Below are positions 22,181 to 32,597 of a DNA stretch of 64,000 nucleotides, piece after piece. The stretch spans positions 64,001 to 128,000 of the forward strand of contig CAVSPA010000010.1 in NCBI GenBank assembly GCA_963729715.1, in the 5' to 3' direction. Source of the DNA: an uncultured delta proteobacterium (GTDB lineage: Bacteria > Desulfobacterota > Syntrophia > Syntrophales > UBA2185). The notes beneath the pieces are model-generated. The model was not told the origin of the DNA. It searched no databases and was given only the letters and a program-made list of their open reading frames with translations. Both the position numbers and the translations under genes were made by a program. The number at the start of each line of letters is the position of its first letter. The stretch's first letter is position 1.

Positions 22181-23536
22181 ATGGAAAAAGTGCCGCAGAA
22201 ATTGGAAAAGACCAGGGCAGAGATGTATGCTCATGCGCCAATCTCAAAGTTCGGTCAGAGAAAACCTGATTTCTCAACCATGGGACGGAAAATAAAAAAT
22301 CAATTTAAGAGCGTCAGAGAAGTTGTCGTTGTAGAAGCATGCCGGACGCCTTACGGCAGATTCGGAGGAGCGCTAAAAGATTTTACAGCTCCTGAGCTCG
22401 GTGCCTTGGCAATCAAGGAAGTAATCAGACGGACAAACGGAAAGGTTAAACCATCTGACGTGGATTACGTTTTCCTGGGGCAGGTAGTTCCTGCAGGGTG
22501 CGGGCAGATCCCCAGCAGGCAGGCTACTATCCTGGCGGGTCTCCCCGAATCCATTCCCTCCATTACAATCAATAAAGTGTGTTCTTCAGGTATTAAGCCG
22601 ATCGACCTCGCAGTCCAGATGATACAACTGGGACGGGCCGAGATTTGTGTAGCAGGCGGCCAGGAGAGTATGAGCAACGGCCCGTATGCGTTGCCCGAGA
22701 TGAGATGGGGCGCAAGGATGGGCCTTCCGACCAGGCCCGCGCTTGATTTGGTTGTATACGACGGGCTTTGGGACGCATTCTATAACCGGCATATGGCCAT
22801 TCACGGCTCTGAGGTTGGAGATGAATTTGGCGTTACACGGCAGGACCAGGATGAATGGGCCCTTCGCTCCCAACTTGCAGCAGTTGAAGCCATGAAGACC
22901 GGGAAATTGGACGATGAAATATTTCCCGTCGAGGTGAAGCAGGGGAAAAAAGTCGTCATCTTTGACAAAGACGAAGGACCGAGGCCGGAAACAACCTTGG
23001 ACGGCTTAGCCAAGCTGCCGCCGGTCTTCAATCACAAGAGCCCGGTTACCGGGGGCCCCGGAAGCGTCACAGCCGGCAATGCGCCGGGCGTAAATGATGG
23101 CGGAGACGTGTGTCTCTTAATGAGTAGGCAAATGGCAGACAAGCTGGGCATAAAACCCCTGTTTACCATACTCGATTACGCTGAGGTTTCCCAGCCGCCG
23201 AAGGATATTGCGACAGTGCCGGGACTTGCAATCAAGAAACTTCTCGAGCAGAATGGCATGACCCTCGATCAGATAGATCTGCTGGAAATCAATGAAGCCT
23301 TTGCTGCCGTTGTCTTGGTCAGCGCCCGCAACATTTTGGGCATGAGCAAGGAAGATATGTATAAGAGGGTCAATGTGAATGGAAGCGCCATAGCATATGG
23401 CCATCCTATAGGTGCGACGGGCGCGAGGATCGTCATGACTCTTGCCTATGAACTGCGGCGAAGAGGTGGCGGGATCGGGATATGCGGAATCTGCTCGGGT
23501 CATGCTCAAGGTGACGCGATGCTGATCAAAGTATGA
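22181..23536 (+). CDS. Acetyl-CoA C-acyltransferase (thiolase) with N-terminal extension
   Basis: CRTPYG, NKVCSSG, NEAFA, GHPIGATG; start 22169 or 22181. Confidence 0.93.
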   Translation: MEKVPQKLEKTRAEMYAHAPISKFGQRKPDFSTMGRKIKNQFKSVREVVVVEACRTPYGRFGGALKDFTAPELGALAIKEVIRRTNGKVKPSDVDYVFLGQVVPAGCGQIPSRQATILAGLPESIPSITINKVCSSGIKPIDLAVQMIQLGRAEICVAGGQESMSNGPYALPEMRWGARMGLPTRPALDLVVYDGLWDAFYNRHMAIHGSEVGDEFGVTRQDQDEWALRSQLAAVEAMKTGKLDDEIFPVEVKQGKKVVIFDKDEGPRPETTLDGLAKLPPVFNHKSPVTGGPGSVTAGNAPGVNDGGDVCLLMSRQMADKLGIKPLFTILDYAEVSQPPKDIATVPGLAIKKLLEQNGMTLDQIDLLEINEAFAAVVLVSARNILGMSKEDMYKRVNVNGSAIAYGHPIGATGARIVMTLAYELRRRGGGIGICGICSGHAQGDAMLIKV

Positions 23537-23683
23537 ACGATTGACTTTCCCTGAGGCTCGAGTTCTTTCTTCCGACCACATCGTCGCGCTTATCTCCGAT
23601 GAAATGGTACCGGGAAAAGACCTCTCAGTTGCCTTCATGGAAAGCTGATATTCTGAAAACAAAAAAATAACGGGAGGAAGGTA

Positions 23684-24544
23684 GTGATGGCAGTTAAGAC
23701 ATTCGGCGTTATCGGAGCGGGTCAGATGGGCAACGGCATAGCTCAGGTTGCTGCAAGCCCAGGGGGACTGAATGTAATCATGAATGATATTGCAGACCAG
23801 TTTGTAGACAAGGGGTACGATACGATTTCGAAAAATCTGGACCGCCTTGTTGCCAAGGAAAAGCTGACGGCTGACCAGAAAAAAGAAATCATGAGCCGCA
23901 TCAAGAAGAGCACAAAGCTGGAAGACATGAAGGACGCCGATTTTGTTGTGGAGGCGGCGACTGAGCGAGAGGATCTCAAGCTTGGTGTCTTCAGAAAGCT
24001 TGATGAAGTCTGCAAGCCAGGGGTCATCCTTGCCACGAATACGTCCTCTATTCCCATTACGAGGATAGCCGGTGCAACAAAGAGGCCTGCCTTAGTCATC
24101 GGGATGCATTTTATGAACCCCGTTCCCGTGATGAGACTCGTAGAGATCATCAGGGGTTTGGCTACCTCTCAAGAGACGTACAACATGACAGAGGCCCTGT
24201 CCAAGCAGTTCGGGAAGGTTCCTGTCGAGTGCAATGACTTTCCGGGATTTCTATCGAACAGGATACTTATGCCCATGATCAATGAGGCCGTTTATACCCT
24301 GATGGAAGGAGTGGGCACGCCCAAGGCCATTGATGATATCATGGTATTGGGCATGAATCACCCCATGGGTCCTCTCGCGTTGGCTGACCTGATTGGTCTC
24401 GATACATGCTGGGCCATAATGGACGTTCTCTACAAAGGATTTGGCGATTCCAAGTACCGTCCCTGTCCGCTCCTGAAGAAATACGTGGATGCAGGCTACA
24501 TGGGAAGAAAGACGGGAAAAGGATTCTACGATTACGGCAAGTAA
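23684..24544 (+). CDS. hbd: 3-hydroxybutyryl-CoA dehydrogenase
   Basis: [30 protein letters not shown]. Confidence 0.93.
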   Translation: MMAVKTFGVIGAGQMGNGIAQVAASPGGLNVIMNDIADQFVDKGYDTISKNLDRLVAKEKLTADQKKEIMSRIKKSTKLEDMKDADFVVEAATEREDLKLGVFRKLDEVCKPGVILATNTSSIPITRIAGATKRPALVIGMHFMNPVPVMRLVEIIRGLATSQETYNMTEALSKQFGKVPVECNDFPGFLSNRILMPMINEAVYTLMEGVGTPKAIDDIMVLGMNHPMGPLALADLIGLDTCWAIMDVLYKGFGDSKYRPCPLLKKYVDAGYMGRKTGKGFYDYGK

Positions 24545-24740
24545 TGTCTGCATACGAAAAATATTCTTCGTGACGGGAATATACTTTCGACAGTTGTAGA
24601 GATAGCTTCAGCGGGGAGTGCAGCCTAAGATCGTGGCTGCAAGCCTCTGTATGAAATGTCCAGAGGTTGACGAGATAAATAATATGCACTCGGAAAGTTT
24701 TTCCGAGGCATCAGAAGAAATGGAAAAGGGGGTACAGCGG

Positions 24741-25523
24741 ATGGAATTCAAGAACCTCTTGTTTACAGTTGAGGATGGTGTCGCTACGATAACGTTTAAC
24801 AGGCCCAAGGCGTTGAATGCGATGAATACGGAAACCATGAAGGAGCTTATGGATGCGGCTACACTGTGTAGGAATGATGACGCCGTAAAGGTTCTCATCC
24901 TCACGGGGTCAGGAGACAAGGCCTTTGTAGCAGGCGCTGATATATCAGAGATGCAGAACCTGCGGCCAAAAGAGGCCCTTGCCTTTATGGAACTTGGTAA
25001 TGAGACGTTGCGATTGATTGAAACGCTGCCCAAGCCTTCCATTGCTGCCGTGAACGGTTTCGCCCTGGGCGGCGGCACGGAGATCTCCATGTCTTGCGAT
25101 ATGAGATTTGCATCGGAAACAGCCCGTTTCGGCCAGCCGGAAATACTGATCGGATTGATACCGGGCTGGGGAGGAACTCAGAGGCTTTCACGGTTAATAG
25201 GAATGGGAAGGGCCAAGGAACTCATAATGGGTGGGGAGCAGATTGATGCGAAAAGGGCTTTCGACATTGGTCTTGCAAACAGGGTATTTCCCCTCGATCA
25301 GCTTCTCCCGGAAACGAAAAAATTCGCGCGGAAACTGGTCAACATGCCTGGTTTCGCCCTAAAGATGGCCAAGCATTCGATCAACTATGGTTATGATCTC
25401 GCGCTTGATAACGGGATCAGACTCGAAATGGAATGCTGTGCCCAGTGCTTCAGCACAGATGATCAGAAAGAAGGTATGAAGGCTTTCCTCGAAAAGAGAA
25501 AGCCTGTTTACATGGGAAAGTGA
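24741..25523 (+). CDS. crt: Enoyl-CoA hydratase (crotonase)
   Basis: NRPKALNA, AFVAGADI, GFALGGGTE, GQPE...PGWGGTQRL; start MEFKNLL. Confidence 0.92.
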   Translation: MEFKNLLFTVEDGVATITFNRPKALNAMNTETMKELMDAATLCRNDDAVKVLILTGSGDKAFVAGADISEMQNLRPKEALAFMELGNETLRLIETLPKPSIAAVNGFALGGGTEISMSCDMRFASETARFGQPEILIGLIPGWGGTQRLSRLIGMGRAKELIMGGEQIDAKRAFDIGLANRVFPLDQLLPETKKFARKLVNMPGFALKMAKHSINYGYDLALDNGIRLEMECCAQCFSTDDQKEGMKAFLEKRKPVYMGK

Positions 25524-25580
25524 TTCGCCGTTTTATAAGTGCATTAATAAAACATTATTCTAAAAGGGGGGTTATGAGCC

Positions 25581-26729
25581 ATGAATTTTGGTTTAACAGA
25601 TGATCAACGTGACGTGAGGGAGATGGTAACGAAGTTCGCAGAGCAGCAGATTAAACCTATCGCTGCAGAGTTGGATAAGACCCACAGGCATCCGGAAGAA
25701 ATCTGCCGTAAGCTCGGCGAAATGGGTATCATGGGAATCGCAGTTCCCCAGGAGTATGGCGGTGCGGGCATGGATACAGTGACATACGTCCACAGCCTGA
25801 TTGCGATTTCCAAGGCATGTGCCAGTTGCGGTGTTATTGTGTCGGTCAACAATTCCCTTTACGGGTATCCCGTATTGGCCTTTGGAACGGAAGAACAGAA
25901 GAAGAGATACCTTACTCCTGTGGCAGGCGGGAAGGTCGAAGGATGCTATGGGTTAACAGAGCCAAGCGCCGGGTCGGATGCTGCCGCACTGAAGTGTCGC
26001 GCTGTATTGAAAGGTGACAAATATATAGTTAACGGGACCAAAATATTTATAACGAACGGTAATGTGGCGCACTACTGCGTTTTAGCAGTCACGACCGATC
26101 CCGCGTTAGGATATAAAGCGGTCATTAATCTTATCGTGGATATGAAAAACACCCCGGGCTTTAAGGTAGGCAAGGTCGAGGAAAAGATGGGAATCCTTGC
26201 GTCCGGTACGGCTGAGCTTGTCTTCGAGGACGCTGAGGTGCCGGCGGCAAACCTCCTGGGTAAGCCGGGACAGGGGTTCAAGCAGATGATGATGGGACTG
26301 GATGCAGGGAGAATCGGCATAGGCTCTCAGGCCTGCGGTATCGGAAAGGCCGCTCTCGAAGATGCCCTCGCTTATGCAAAAGAGAGGGTGCAGTTCGGCA
26401 AGCCCATTGCAACGTTTCAGGCGATCCAGTTCAAGCTCGCCGATATGGCGATGGAACTCGATGCAGCGGAATTGATGCTGCTCCGCGCCGCTTGGATGGA
26501 AGACAACCATCTCGATTTTGAGAAGGAATCGGCCATGGCCAAGTGCTATGCATCCGACGTGGCGATGAAGGCCGCGGTTGAATGCGTACAGATATTCGGC
26601 GGCTACGGCTACACAAAAGAGTATCCGGCCGAAAGACACATGCGGGATGCGAAGATCTGCCAGATCTATGAAGGGACGAACGAGATTCAGAGGGTGGTTA
26701 TCTCGAGAAAACTTTTGAGTATGAGATAA
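25581..26729 (+). CDS. Acyl-CoA (butyryl-CoA-type) dehydrogenase
   Basis: YGLTEPSAGSDA, GTKIFITNG, RVQFGKPI, IYEGTNEIQR. Confidence 0.93.
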   Translation: MNFGLTDDQRDVREMVTKFAEQQIKPIAAELDKTHRHPEEICRKLGEMGIMGIAVPQEYGGAGMDTVTYVHSLIAISKACASCGVIVSVNNSLYGYPVLAFGTEEQKKRYLTPVAGGKVEGCYGLTEPSAGSDAAALKCRAVLKGDKYIVNGTKIFITNGNVAHYCVLAVTTDPALGYKAVINLIVDMKNTPGFKVGKVEEKMGILASGTAELVFEDAEVPAANLLGKPGQGFKQMMMGLDAGRIGIGSQACGIGKAALEDALAYAKERVQFGKPIATFQAIQFKLADMAMELDAAELMLLRAAWMEDNHLDFEKESAMAKCYASDVAMKAAVECVQIFGGYGYTKEYPAERHMRDAKICQIYEGTNEIQRVVISRKLLSMR

Positions 26730-26743
26730 CGCTGTCCATAAGA

Positions 26744-26778
26744 CTCAGCTCATCTCCGTAAGAAGCAGATGAGCTGAG
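26744..26778. terminator. Stem-loop between convergent genes
   Basis: CTCAGCTCATCT / AGATGAGCTGAG perfect 12-bp stem. Confidence 0.6.
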
Positions 26779-26823
26779 ATTACGGAAGAGACTTTCGTTT
26801 TTCGGTAGATGCCTGGGTGAAAA

Positions 26824-27123
26824 TTATTTCTCGATTCTGAAGGGTGAGAACTCGTACTCTTTTTTCTCGACTGCGAAAGCCACCCTGTCTTCTTCGTTAG
26901 CTGTGAGTTTGCCCTCTATAATGCGACGGCAGCCGAAATCGAAGAAACTCACCTGGTGAGTGGGGGTGTCATTTTCATCCATCTGCTTGTAGTACTGCTC
27001 TTTTTCAGACGGAGTCAGCTCCCGGACGACGAGTTTCTGGCATCGTTCCCTGGTTTCCCATTCACCCTGGCGTATGGTGACTCGGTAATTGCCGTGAAAC
27101 TTTACAGGCATCTTGATTTTCAT
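26824..27123 (-). CDS. Hypothetical protein
   Basis: GGAGG RBS upstream of MKIKMPVKF; 99 aa. Confidence 0.7.
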   Translation of the reverse strand: MKIKMPVKFHGNYRVTIRQGEWETRERCQKLVVRELTPSEKEQYYKQMDENDTPTHQVSFFDFGCRRIIEGKLTANEEDRVAFAVEKKEYEFSPFRIEK

Positions 27124-27328
27124 CACTGTACCTCCAGATTTCGTGCTGTTTCTAAGAAGGTTGCATAGCATAACTTTGGACGGTTGTCCATTTATTGATA
27201 ACAGCGAGCTTGCGGGCATTCTTTTTCTGTTTGACAAACCAGCGTAGAGGAGAGAGATTCCGCGGATTCGATAGTTAGGTACTTATCGATAATAGCAATT
27301 ATGTAAGATTTATTGGAAGGAGGGTAAT

Positions 27329-29011
27329 ATGTATTTTGCAAAAGAGGTGCTGAGCCAATCAAGCGAGCTCAGGAAAAAATGGGAGGATGAAGTCCGGAGG
27401 GTGGTCAGTAAAGTTCCTGACCAGAGGGAACGATGGTCCACAGTTTCAGATCTCGAGATCAGGAGGCTTTATGGTCCTGATGACATAAAGGACATGGACT
27501 TTGTCCGTGATATCGGATACCCAGGCCAATTTCCATACTTGCGTGGCAATCAGGCGACGGGTTATCGCGGACGATTCTGGACGTTCAGGATGTTTTCCGG
27601 CATGGGAAGCGCTGCGGAGACCAACAAACGGTGGCACATGCTTCTCAAAGAAGGACAGACAGGCCTCAGTACAGCATTTGATTTCCCGACTCTCATGGGC
27701 TATGACACGGACTCCCCCAAGGCCCGCGGCGAGTGCGGGAAGTGCGGCGTTGCCATAGATACCCTTGAAGATTTTCTGCAACTGGTGGACGGGATTCCTA
27801 TGGATGAGATTACTACGTCCATGACCATCAATCCTCCGGCTACTGTACTCTGGGCGATGTACTGTGCAGCGGCACAGATCAAGGGCATACCTCTTACCAA
27901 GATAGGCGGCACGATTCAGAATGACATGCTGAAGGAATTCATTGCACAGAAGACTTTAATGTGCCCGCCGGAGCCGTCCGTCAGGCTCGTCAGCGACACC
28001 GTTGAGTTCGGCACGAAGTATGTCCCGAGATGGAACACCATCAGCATTAGCGGGTACCATATCAGGGAAGCCGGTTCCACGGCGGTTCAGGAGCTTGCCT
28101 TTACCCTTAGAGACGGCATGGAGTATGTGGAGGACGTGATCAACCGGAAGGGGTTGAACGTCGATGAATTCGCTCCACGGCTTTCATTTTTCTTCAATTC
28201 ACATGTAGATTTCTTTGAGGAGATTTGTAAGATGCGCGCAGCCCGGAGGATCTGGGCAAAAGTTATGCGGGACCGCTATAAGGCGAAGGACCAGAGATCG
28301 TGGTGGATGCGTTTCCATACTCAGACCGCCGGATGTTCGCTGACGGCGCAGCAGCCTTACAACAACGTCGTCAGGACGGCCACGCAAGCCCTTGCCGCTG
28401 TCCTTGGCGGAACCCAGTCACTGCATACCAATTCCCTCGACGAGGTGATGTGCCTCCCCTCGGATCACGCCGTGCAGATTGCGCTTCGTACGCAGCAGAT
28501 CATCGCGGAAGAGACCGGCGCTGCCAACACGATCGATCCTCTGGCGGGCTCGTACTTCGTCGAAGCATTAACCAACGAGATGGAAGAGCAGACATGGGAT
28601 TACATCAACAAGATCGATGAGATGGGCGGCATGGTGGCTGCAATAGAAAAAGGGTTCCCGCAGCTCGAGATAGCCGATGCAGCCTACAAGTTTCAGAGAC
28701 AGATAGACTCCTGCGAAAAGATTATGGTCGGCGTCAACAAATATGTGACAGAAGAAGAGATACCCATCCCTCTTTTAGAGATTGATGATAAAGTTGAAGA
28801 GGATCAGATCGCGCGGTTGAATGCGGTCCGCAGAAAAAGAGACAACAAGGCTGTCAAGAAGAGTCTTGACGACATTAAGAACGCCTGCAAGAAGGGTGAG
28901 AATGTCATGCCTTCCTGCATCGAGGCAGTGAAGAACATGGCGAGTGTCCAGGAGATATGCGACGTCTATCGTGAGATCTATGGCGAGTATCGCGATCCGG
29001 GACTCTATTAG
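27329..29011 (+). CDS. icmA: B12-dependent acyl-CoA mutase large subunit, isobutyryl-CoA mutase-like
   Basis: PGQFPYLRG, GLSTAFD, TIQNDMLKE, SISGYHIREAG, QSLHTNS; Phe in WTFRMF and Gln in KEFIAQ replace the Tyr/Arg of methylmalonyl-CoA mutase. Confidence 0.8.
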   Translation: MYFAKEVLSQSSELRKKWEDEVRRVVSKVPDQRERWSTVSDLEIRRLYGPDDIKDMDFVRDIGYPGQFPYLRGNQATGYRGRFWTFRMFSGMGSAAETNKRWHMLLKEGQTGLSTAFDFPTLMGYDTDSPKARGECGKCGVAIDTLEDFLQLVDGIPMDEITTSMTINPPATVLWAMYCAAAQIKGIPLTKIGGTIQNDMLKEFIAQKTLMCPPEPSVRLVSDTVEFGTKYVPRWNTISISGYHIREAGSTAVQELAFTLRDGMEYVEDVINRKGLNVDEFAPRLSFFFNSHVDFFEEICKMRAARRIWAKVMRDRYKAKDQRSWWMRFHTQTAGCSLTAQQPYNNVVRTATQALAAVLGGTQSLHTNSLDEVMCLPSDHAVQIALRTQQIIAEETGAANTIDPLAGSYFVEALTNEMEEQTWDYINKIDEMGGMVAAIEKGFPQLEIADAAYKFQRQIDSCEKIMVGVNKYVTEEEIPIPLLEIDDKVEEDQIARLNAVRRKRDNKAVKKSLDDIKNACKKGENVMPSCIEAVKNMASVQEICDVYREIYGEYRDPGLY

Positions 29012-29035
29012 GACTGATTGAAGGAGGAGATGGTA

Positions 29036-29446
29036 ATGGCTAAGAGAAAAATTCGTGTTATGGTAGCAAAACCAGGACTTGACGGTCATGACCGGGGCGC
29101 CAGGGTTTTAGCCAGGTGTTTCCGGGACGCTGGCTTTGAAGTAATATATACGGGGTGTCATCAGACACCGGCGATGATTGCAGCGTCGGCGATCCAGGAA
29201 GACGTGGATCTCGTAGGCTTGAGCTGTCTATCGGGGGCGCATCGGTATTTATTTCCCCAGGTGGTTAATCTATTGAAGGAGAAAGGTGCTGACGATATCA
29301 CCGTTATCGGCGGGGGAATCATCCCCGAACAAGATTTTCAGAAACTATATGACGCGGGAATCAAGGCGATCTTCGTGCCGGGTACTACCCTGGATACGAT
29401 CGTGAATTGGGTTAACAACAATGTAAAGCCGGTGGAAAGAAAATAA
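29036..29446 (+). CDS. icmB: Acyl-CoA mutase cobalamin-binding small subunit
   Basis: KPGLDGHDRG (DxHxxG), SCLSG, GGGIIP. Confidence 0.88.
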   Translation: MAKRKIRVMVAKPGLDGHDRGARVLARCFRDAGFEVIYTGCHQTPAMIAASAIQEDVDLVGLSCLSGAHRYLFPQVVNLLKEKGADDITVIGGGIIPEQDFQKLYDAGIKAIFVPGTTLDTIVNWVNNNVKPVERK

Positions 29447-30411
29447 TGGAGAGAGGTAAGAAGATTAAGGCAGGGGACATCCGTACAGCCTCCCGCCTCA
29501 TACGAGACATAGAAGACAGTATACCCGAAGCAAAAGCAACGATTAAACATATTTTCCCCTATACGGGTAAGGCCCAGGTAGTAGGGATTACCGGTTCTCC
29601 TGGGGCCGGAAAGAGCACTATTGTTGACGGTCTCATTGAGACAAGCCGGAAAAAGGAAAAAACGGTAGGTGTTCTCGCCGTTGATCCGACGAGTCCCTTT
29701 ACGGGGGGTGCTACGCTCGGTGATAGGATCCGTATGCAGCGCCATTCGGAGGACACAGGCGTCTTCATACGGAGCCTCGCCACGCGGGGTTCGCTCGGCG
29801 GTCTCTCCAAGGCAGTTGGCGATGCCATCCATGTCATGGATGCAATGGGGAAAGACGTCATATTCGTAGAAACTGTGGGTACCGGTCAACAGGAGGTAGA
29901 GATCATACACTATGCCCATACGGTAGTAGTTGTCCTCGTGCCTGGTATGGGTGATGAAATTCAGGCAATCAAGGCGGGCATCATGGAGATCGCCGACATA
30001 TTCGTTATCAATAAGGCGGATCGTGATGGTGCGCAAAAACTCCAGAGGGAATTGATGACTATGATCGAAATGTCATCGATTCCTCCCGGGGGTTGGAAGC
30101 CGCCTGTCGTTACAATCAGGAATTCCTTTAAGCCGGAAGAATTCGAAGAGGACCTTGGGACACTATCTTCCAAGGTCCACGAACACTATGAGTTTCTCGT
30201 AAGCAGTGATCTTATCGGTGACAGGCAGCGGCGCAAGAGGCTGCATGAACTCAATGAGGCCCTGCGATTCAGCATCCTCGAACCTGTATTAGAGATGCTC
30301 GTCAAAACCGGTGAACTCGACAGCATGGTCGAAAAACTGCTGAAGAAGGAATCAGATCCTTCCAGTCTGGCCGAAGAAATAGCGAAGAAGTATTTACAGG
30401 GGTGTTTTTAA
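29446..30411 (+). CDS. meaB: Mutase-associated GTPase MeaB/ArgK
   Basis: GITGSPGAGKST, AVDPTSPFTGG, ETVGTGQ, INKAD. Confidence 0.93.
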   Translation: MERGKKIKAGDIRTASRLIRDIEDSIPEAKATIKHIFPYTGKAQVVGITGSPGAGKSTIVDGLIETSRKKEKTVGVLAVDPTSPFTGGATLGDRIRMQRHSEDTGVFIRSLATRGSLGGLSKAVGDAIHVMDAMGKDVIFVETVGTGQQEVEIIHYAHTVVVVLVPGMGDEIQAIKAGIMEIADIFVINKADRDGAQKLQRELMTMIEMSSIPPGGWKPPVVTIRNSFKPEEFEEDLGTLSSKVHEHYEFLVSSDLIGDRQRRKRLHELNEALRFSILEPVLEMLVKTGELDSMVEKLLKKESDPSSLAEEIAKKYLQGCF

Positions 30412-30569
30412 GGGGCTTGTTCTTTTGTTTCTTTGTAGGCGCCGCTGAACATTTTGCGGCGCCGCACACATGCTGTATTTCATCTTGGCGCAAGTCCTGA
30501 TAGTTGCCATCTGTATCCTGGTTGTTTTAAAACCAGTTGATGAGCGGCAGAAATACTCTTCTTTTCAAG

Positions 30570-31040
30570 TCAGGGACGGCTTTCGAGGTCGTCAAGCTTT
30601 TTCTTCTTTTCTTCGATAAGTTTTAGCTGTTCATCCACCAGCGTACGCCAGTGGAACCTCTGCGCAAAACCGGAGGACTGATTCATATTCATCCTGTAGT
30701 TTTCTTCGTCTCTCTTGGCCTTTTCCAATTCCTCTCTGACGACCCTGATATTCTCTTCCCTTTCTTTCTTTTTCGCATCGGCGTCACGATATCTCTGCAA
30801 TCTTTCATTGCCTTCCCTTTCCGCCGCTGCTTTTTGCTCTTCCGGCAAATCAGGCAGTGACTGTGCCTTCTTGACATTGGCTCCGGGCGGTGGGCTATCA
30901 GTGATAATCACCGTGCCGTCTTTATCGATATATTGGTAAAGTGTTTGCCCCTGTGCTTCGCCGGCAACGGCAATCCATACAAAGCTAAGCAGCAGTAAAT
31001 ATACCGTTGGAAATAATCCGCGCAATTTGTAAGAAGCCAT
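30570..31040 (-). CDS. DUF4124-like exported protein
   Basis: Signal peptide, YQYIDKDGTVIITDSPPPG, coiled-coil tail. Confidence 0.75.
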   Translation of the reverse strand: MASYKLRGLFPTVYLLLLSFVWIAVAGEAQGQTLYQYIDKDGTVIITDSPPPGANVKKAQSLPDLPEEQKAAAEREGNERLQRYRDADAKKKEREENIRVVREELEKAKRDEENYRMNMNQSSGFAQRFHWRTLVDEQLKLIEEKKKKLDDLESRP

Positions 31041-31161
31041 GCCTTGAGCCCTCCCAACTTCAGTCACTTCTGGAACAAAAAATATTCTAAATTATTGATG
31101 ATGTCAATTGTATTCGTATACTTGCTCTGCATTTAAATCAAGGGGATTGGGGTGAATGTCC

Positions 31162-32382
31162 TTATGCGAGTGTGGAAATCAATGAAGCGTAGTTTACGGC
31201 GCTTTCTGTCTCGCGATCGTGGTAGGTATCAAAGTGAAGGATGTCTGCGCGGTTTTCTGCAAGCAGGCTGGCGAAAAGCAGAATGGCAGGAAGACCGCAA
31301 ACGTGGTACCTGTCCATGGTTTCGGCTGCCTTCTGGAAGATATTCTCCGGCTCTCCCCGGCCAAGGAAAGAGAGCATGAGTTTGTCGCAGGCTGTCGCCT
31401 GGGGAAGAAGGGCATCCGCTGGCGCCTGATCGCCGAATTTTCGTCCCACGTGGGAAAGGTCGACTCCTGCCACAAGAAGTATGCGCCCTTTCTTTTCTTC
31501 CAGTAACTGCTTCATTACAGATACCATCCCTTGGAATCTCTCATCAGTCAGGATATTTCTTCCTTGATGGATGAACTCGTGGACGCTCCCGCACAGAATA
31601 GGCACTATGGCAAAGGGGCCTGTGAGGTAGTAATGCAAGAAAATGGTTTGAAACTCGATGGAATGTTCCGTCATGTGGCCGAAATCATCCGTTGCGAATG
31701 TTCCATCAGTCACCCCCTTCTTTAATTCTCGGATAAATCTTTTATCCGTCTTAATTTCCCCGAAAGGAGTTACGTAATTTTTTTCGGAGACGCTGTAAAG
31801 GCCTTCCTGCATTTGATGGTTAATCCCCAAAATCACAACCGTATCGTAGTTCTTGCCTTTCAGATAACGGTAAGTATTTACGTACATATCTTTGGCTATG
31901 TTGATGTCAATGTGGGGAGCGAGGATGCCTGAAATGTTATCCGTGATATGCCGCAAATATTCCTGACTGATATTGCTTTCTACATTCTCTATAAATTGTG
32001 CGAGCCCGGCCGGATCTGACAAATAGGACTTTCCCGCATGAACGGGAACTCTTGTCGGTCGGTTGCAGAATTCGCTGCGGAGTCCGCACATCTTCTGCTG
32101 GAAGAACGGGCTTTCCAGGAGACATGACCTGTCAAGAGAATCGATAAATGATTTAATCTCCGACACATAAACTATGCGACCGCCCTGCTGCTTCATCAGC
32201 ACGGCCTGAATGTCCATAAGATCGTGAAGCCCGTCGAGGAGTTGCAGGAGGGGGAGTGTATTGAAATCAAGCGCGATGCCGTGATCGGTCAGATGGTAAG
32301 GATCATGAAAGGCGATCATCCGCCGACCCTTGATGGTCGTGGCAACGGGTTGAATGTCCCTTCTCAAAATGGGCTTATCCAT
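31162..32382 (-). CDS. AmmeMemoRadiSam system protein B (MEMO1 family)
   Basis: HAGKSY, ILAPHID, LGINH, TPFG, EHSIEFQ, GVDLSHVG, VCG. Confidence 0.85.
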   Translation of the reverse strand: MDKPILRRDIQPVATTIKGRRMIAFHDPYHLTDHGIALDFNTLPLLQLLDGLHDLMDIQAVLMKQQGGRIVYVSEIKSFIDSLDRSCLLESPFFQQKMCGLRSEFCNRPTRVPVHAGKSYLSDPAGLAQFIENVESNISQEYLRHITDNISGILAPHIDINIAKDMYVNTYRYLKGKNYDTVVILGINHQMQEGLYSVSEKNYVTPFGEIKTDKRFIRELKKGVTDGTFATDDFGHMTEHSIEFQTIFLHYYLTGPFAIVPILCGSVHEFIHQGRNILTDERFQGMVSVMKQLLEEKKGRILLVAGVDLSHVGRKFGDQAPADALLPQATACDKLMLSFLGRGEPENIFQKAAETMDRYHVCGLPAILLFASLLAENRADILHFDTYHDRETESAVNYASLISTLA

Positions 32383-32597
32383 ATGCTCTCCGCTTAGTAG
32401 TTCGCTTATATTAGCAATTGTTTAAAAATGCAACGTCAACGTCTAAAGACGGAAAAAATTGCATGCTTCTTGGTGGCAAATTAGCGCCTGATATTCTTGC
32501 TGCCAGCCTATCTACGCGTAATTATGACGCATAGATGATGGTACAGTATTTGCTAAGTTTAAAGAGTGTCAGCAATGAGGCCTATAGGGAGGGGTGC

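Noticed and set aside
27329..29011. Methylmalonyl-CoA mutase annotation
   Set aside because: The carboxylate-binding Tyr and Arg are replaced by Phe and Gln, and no epimerase is adjacent.
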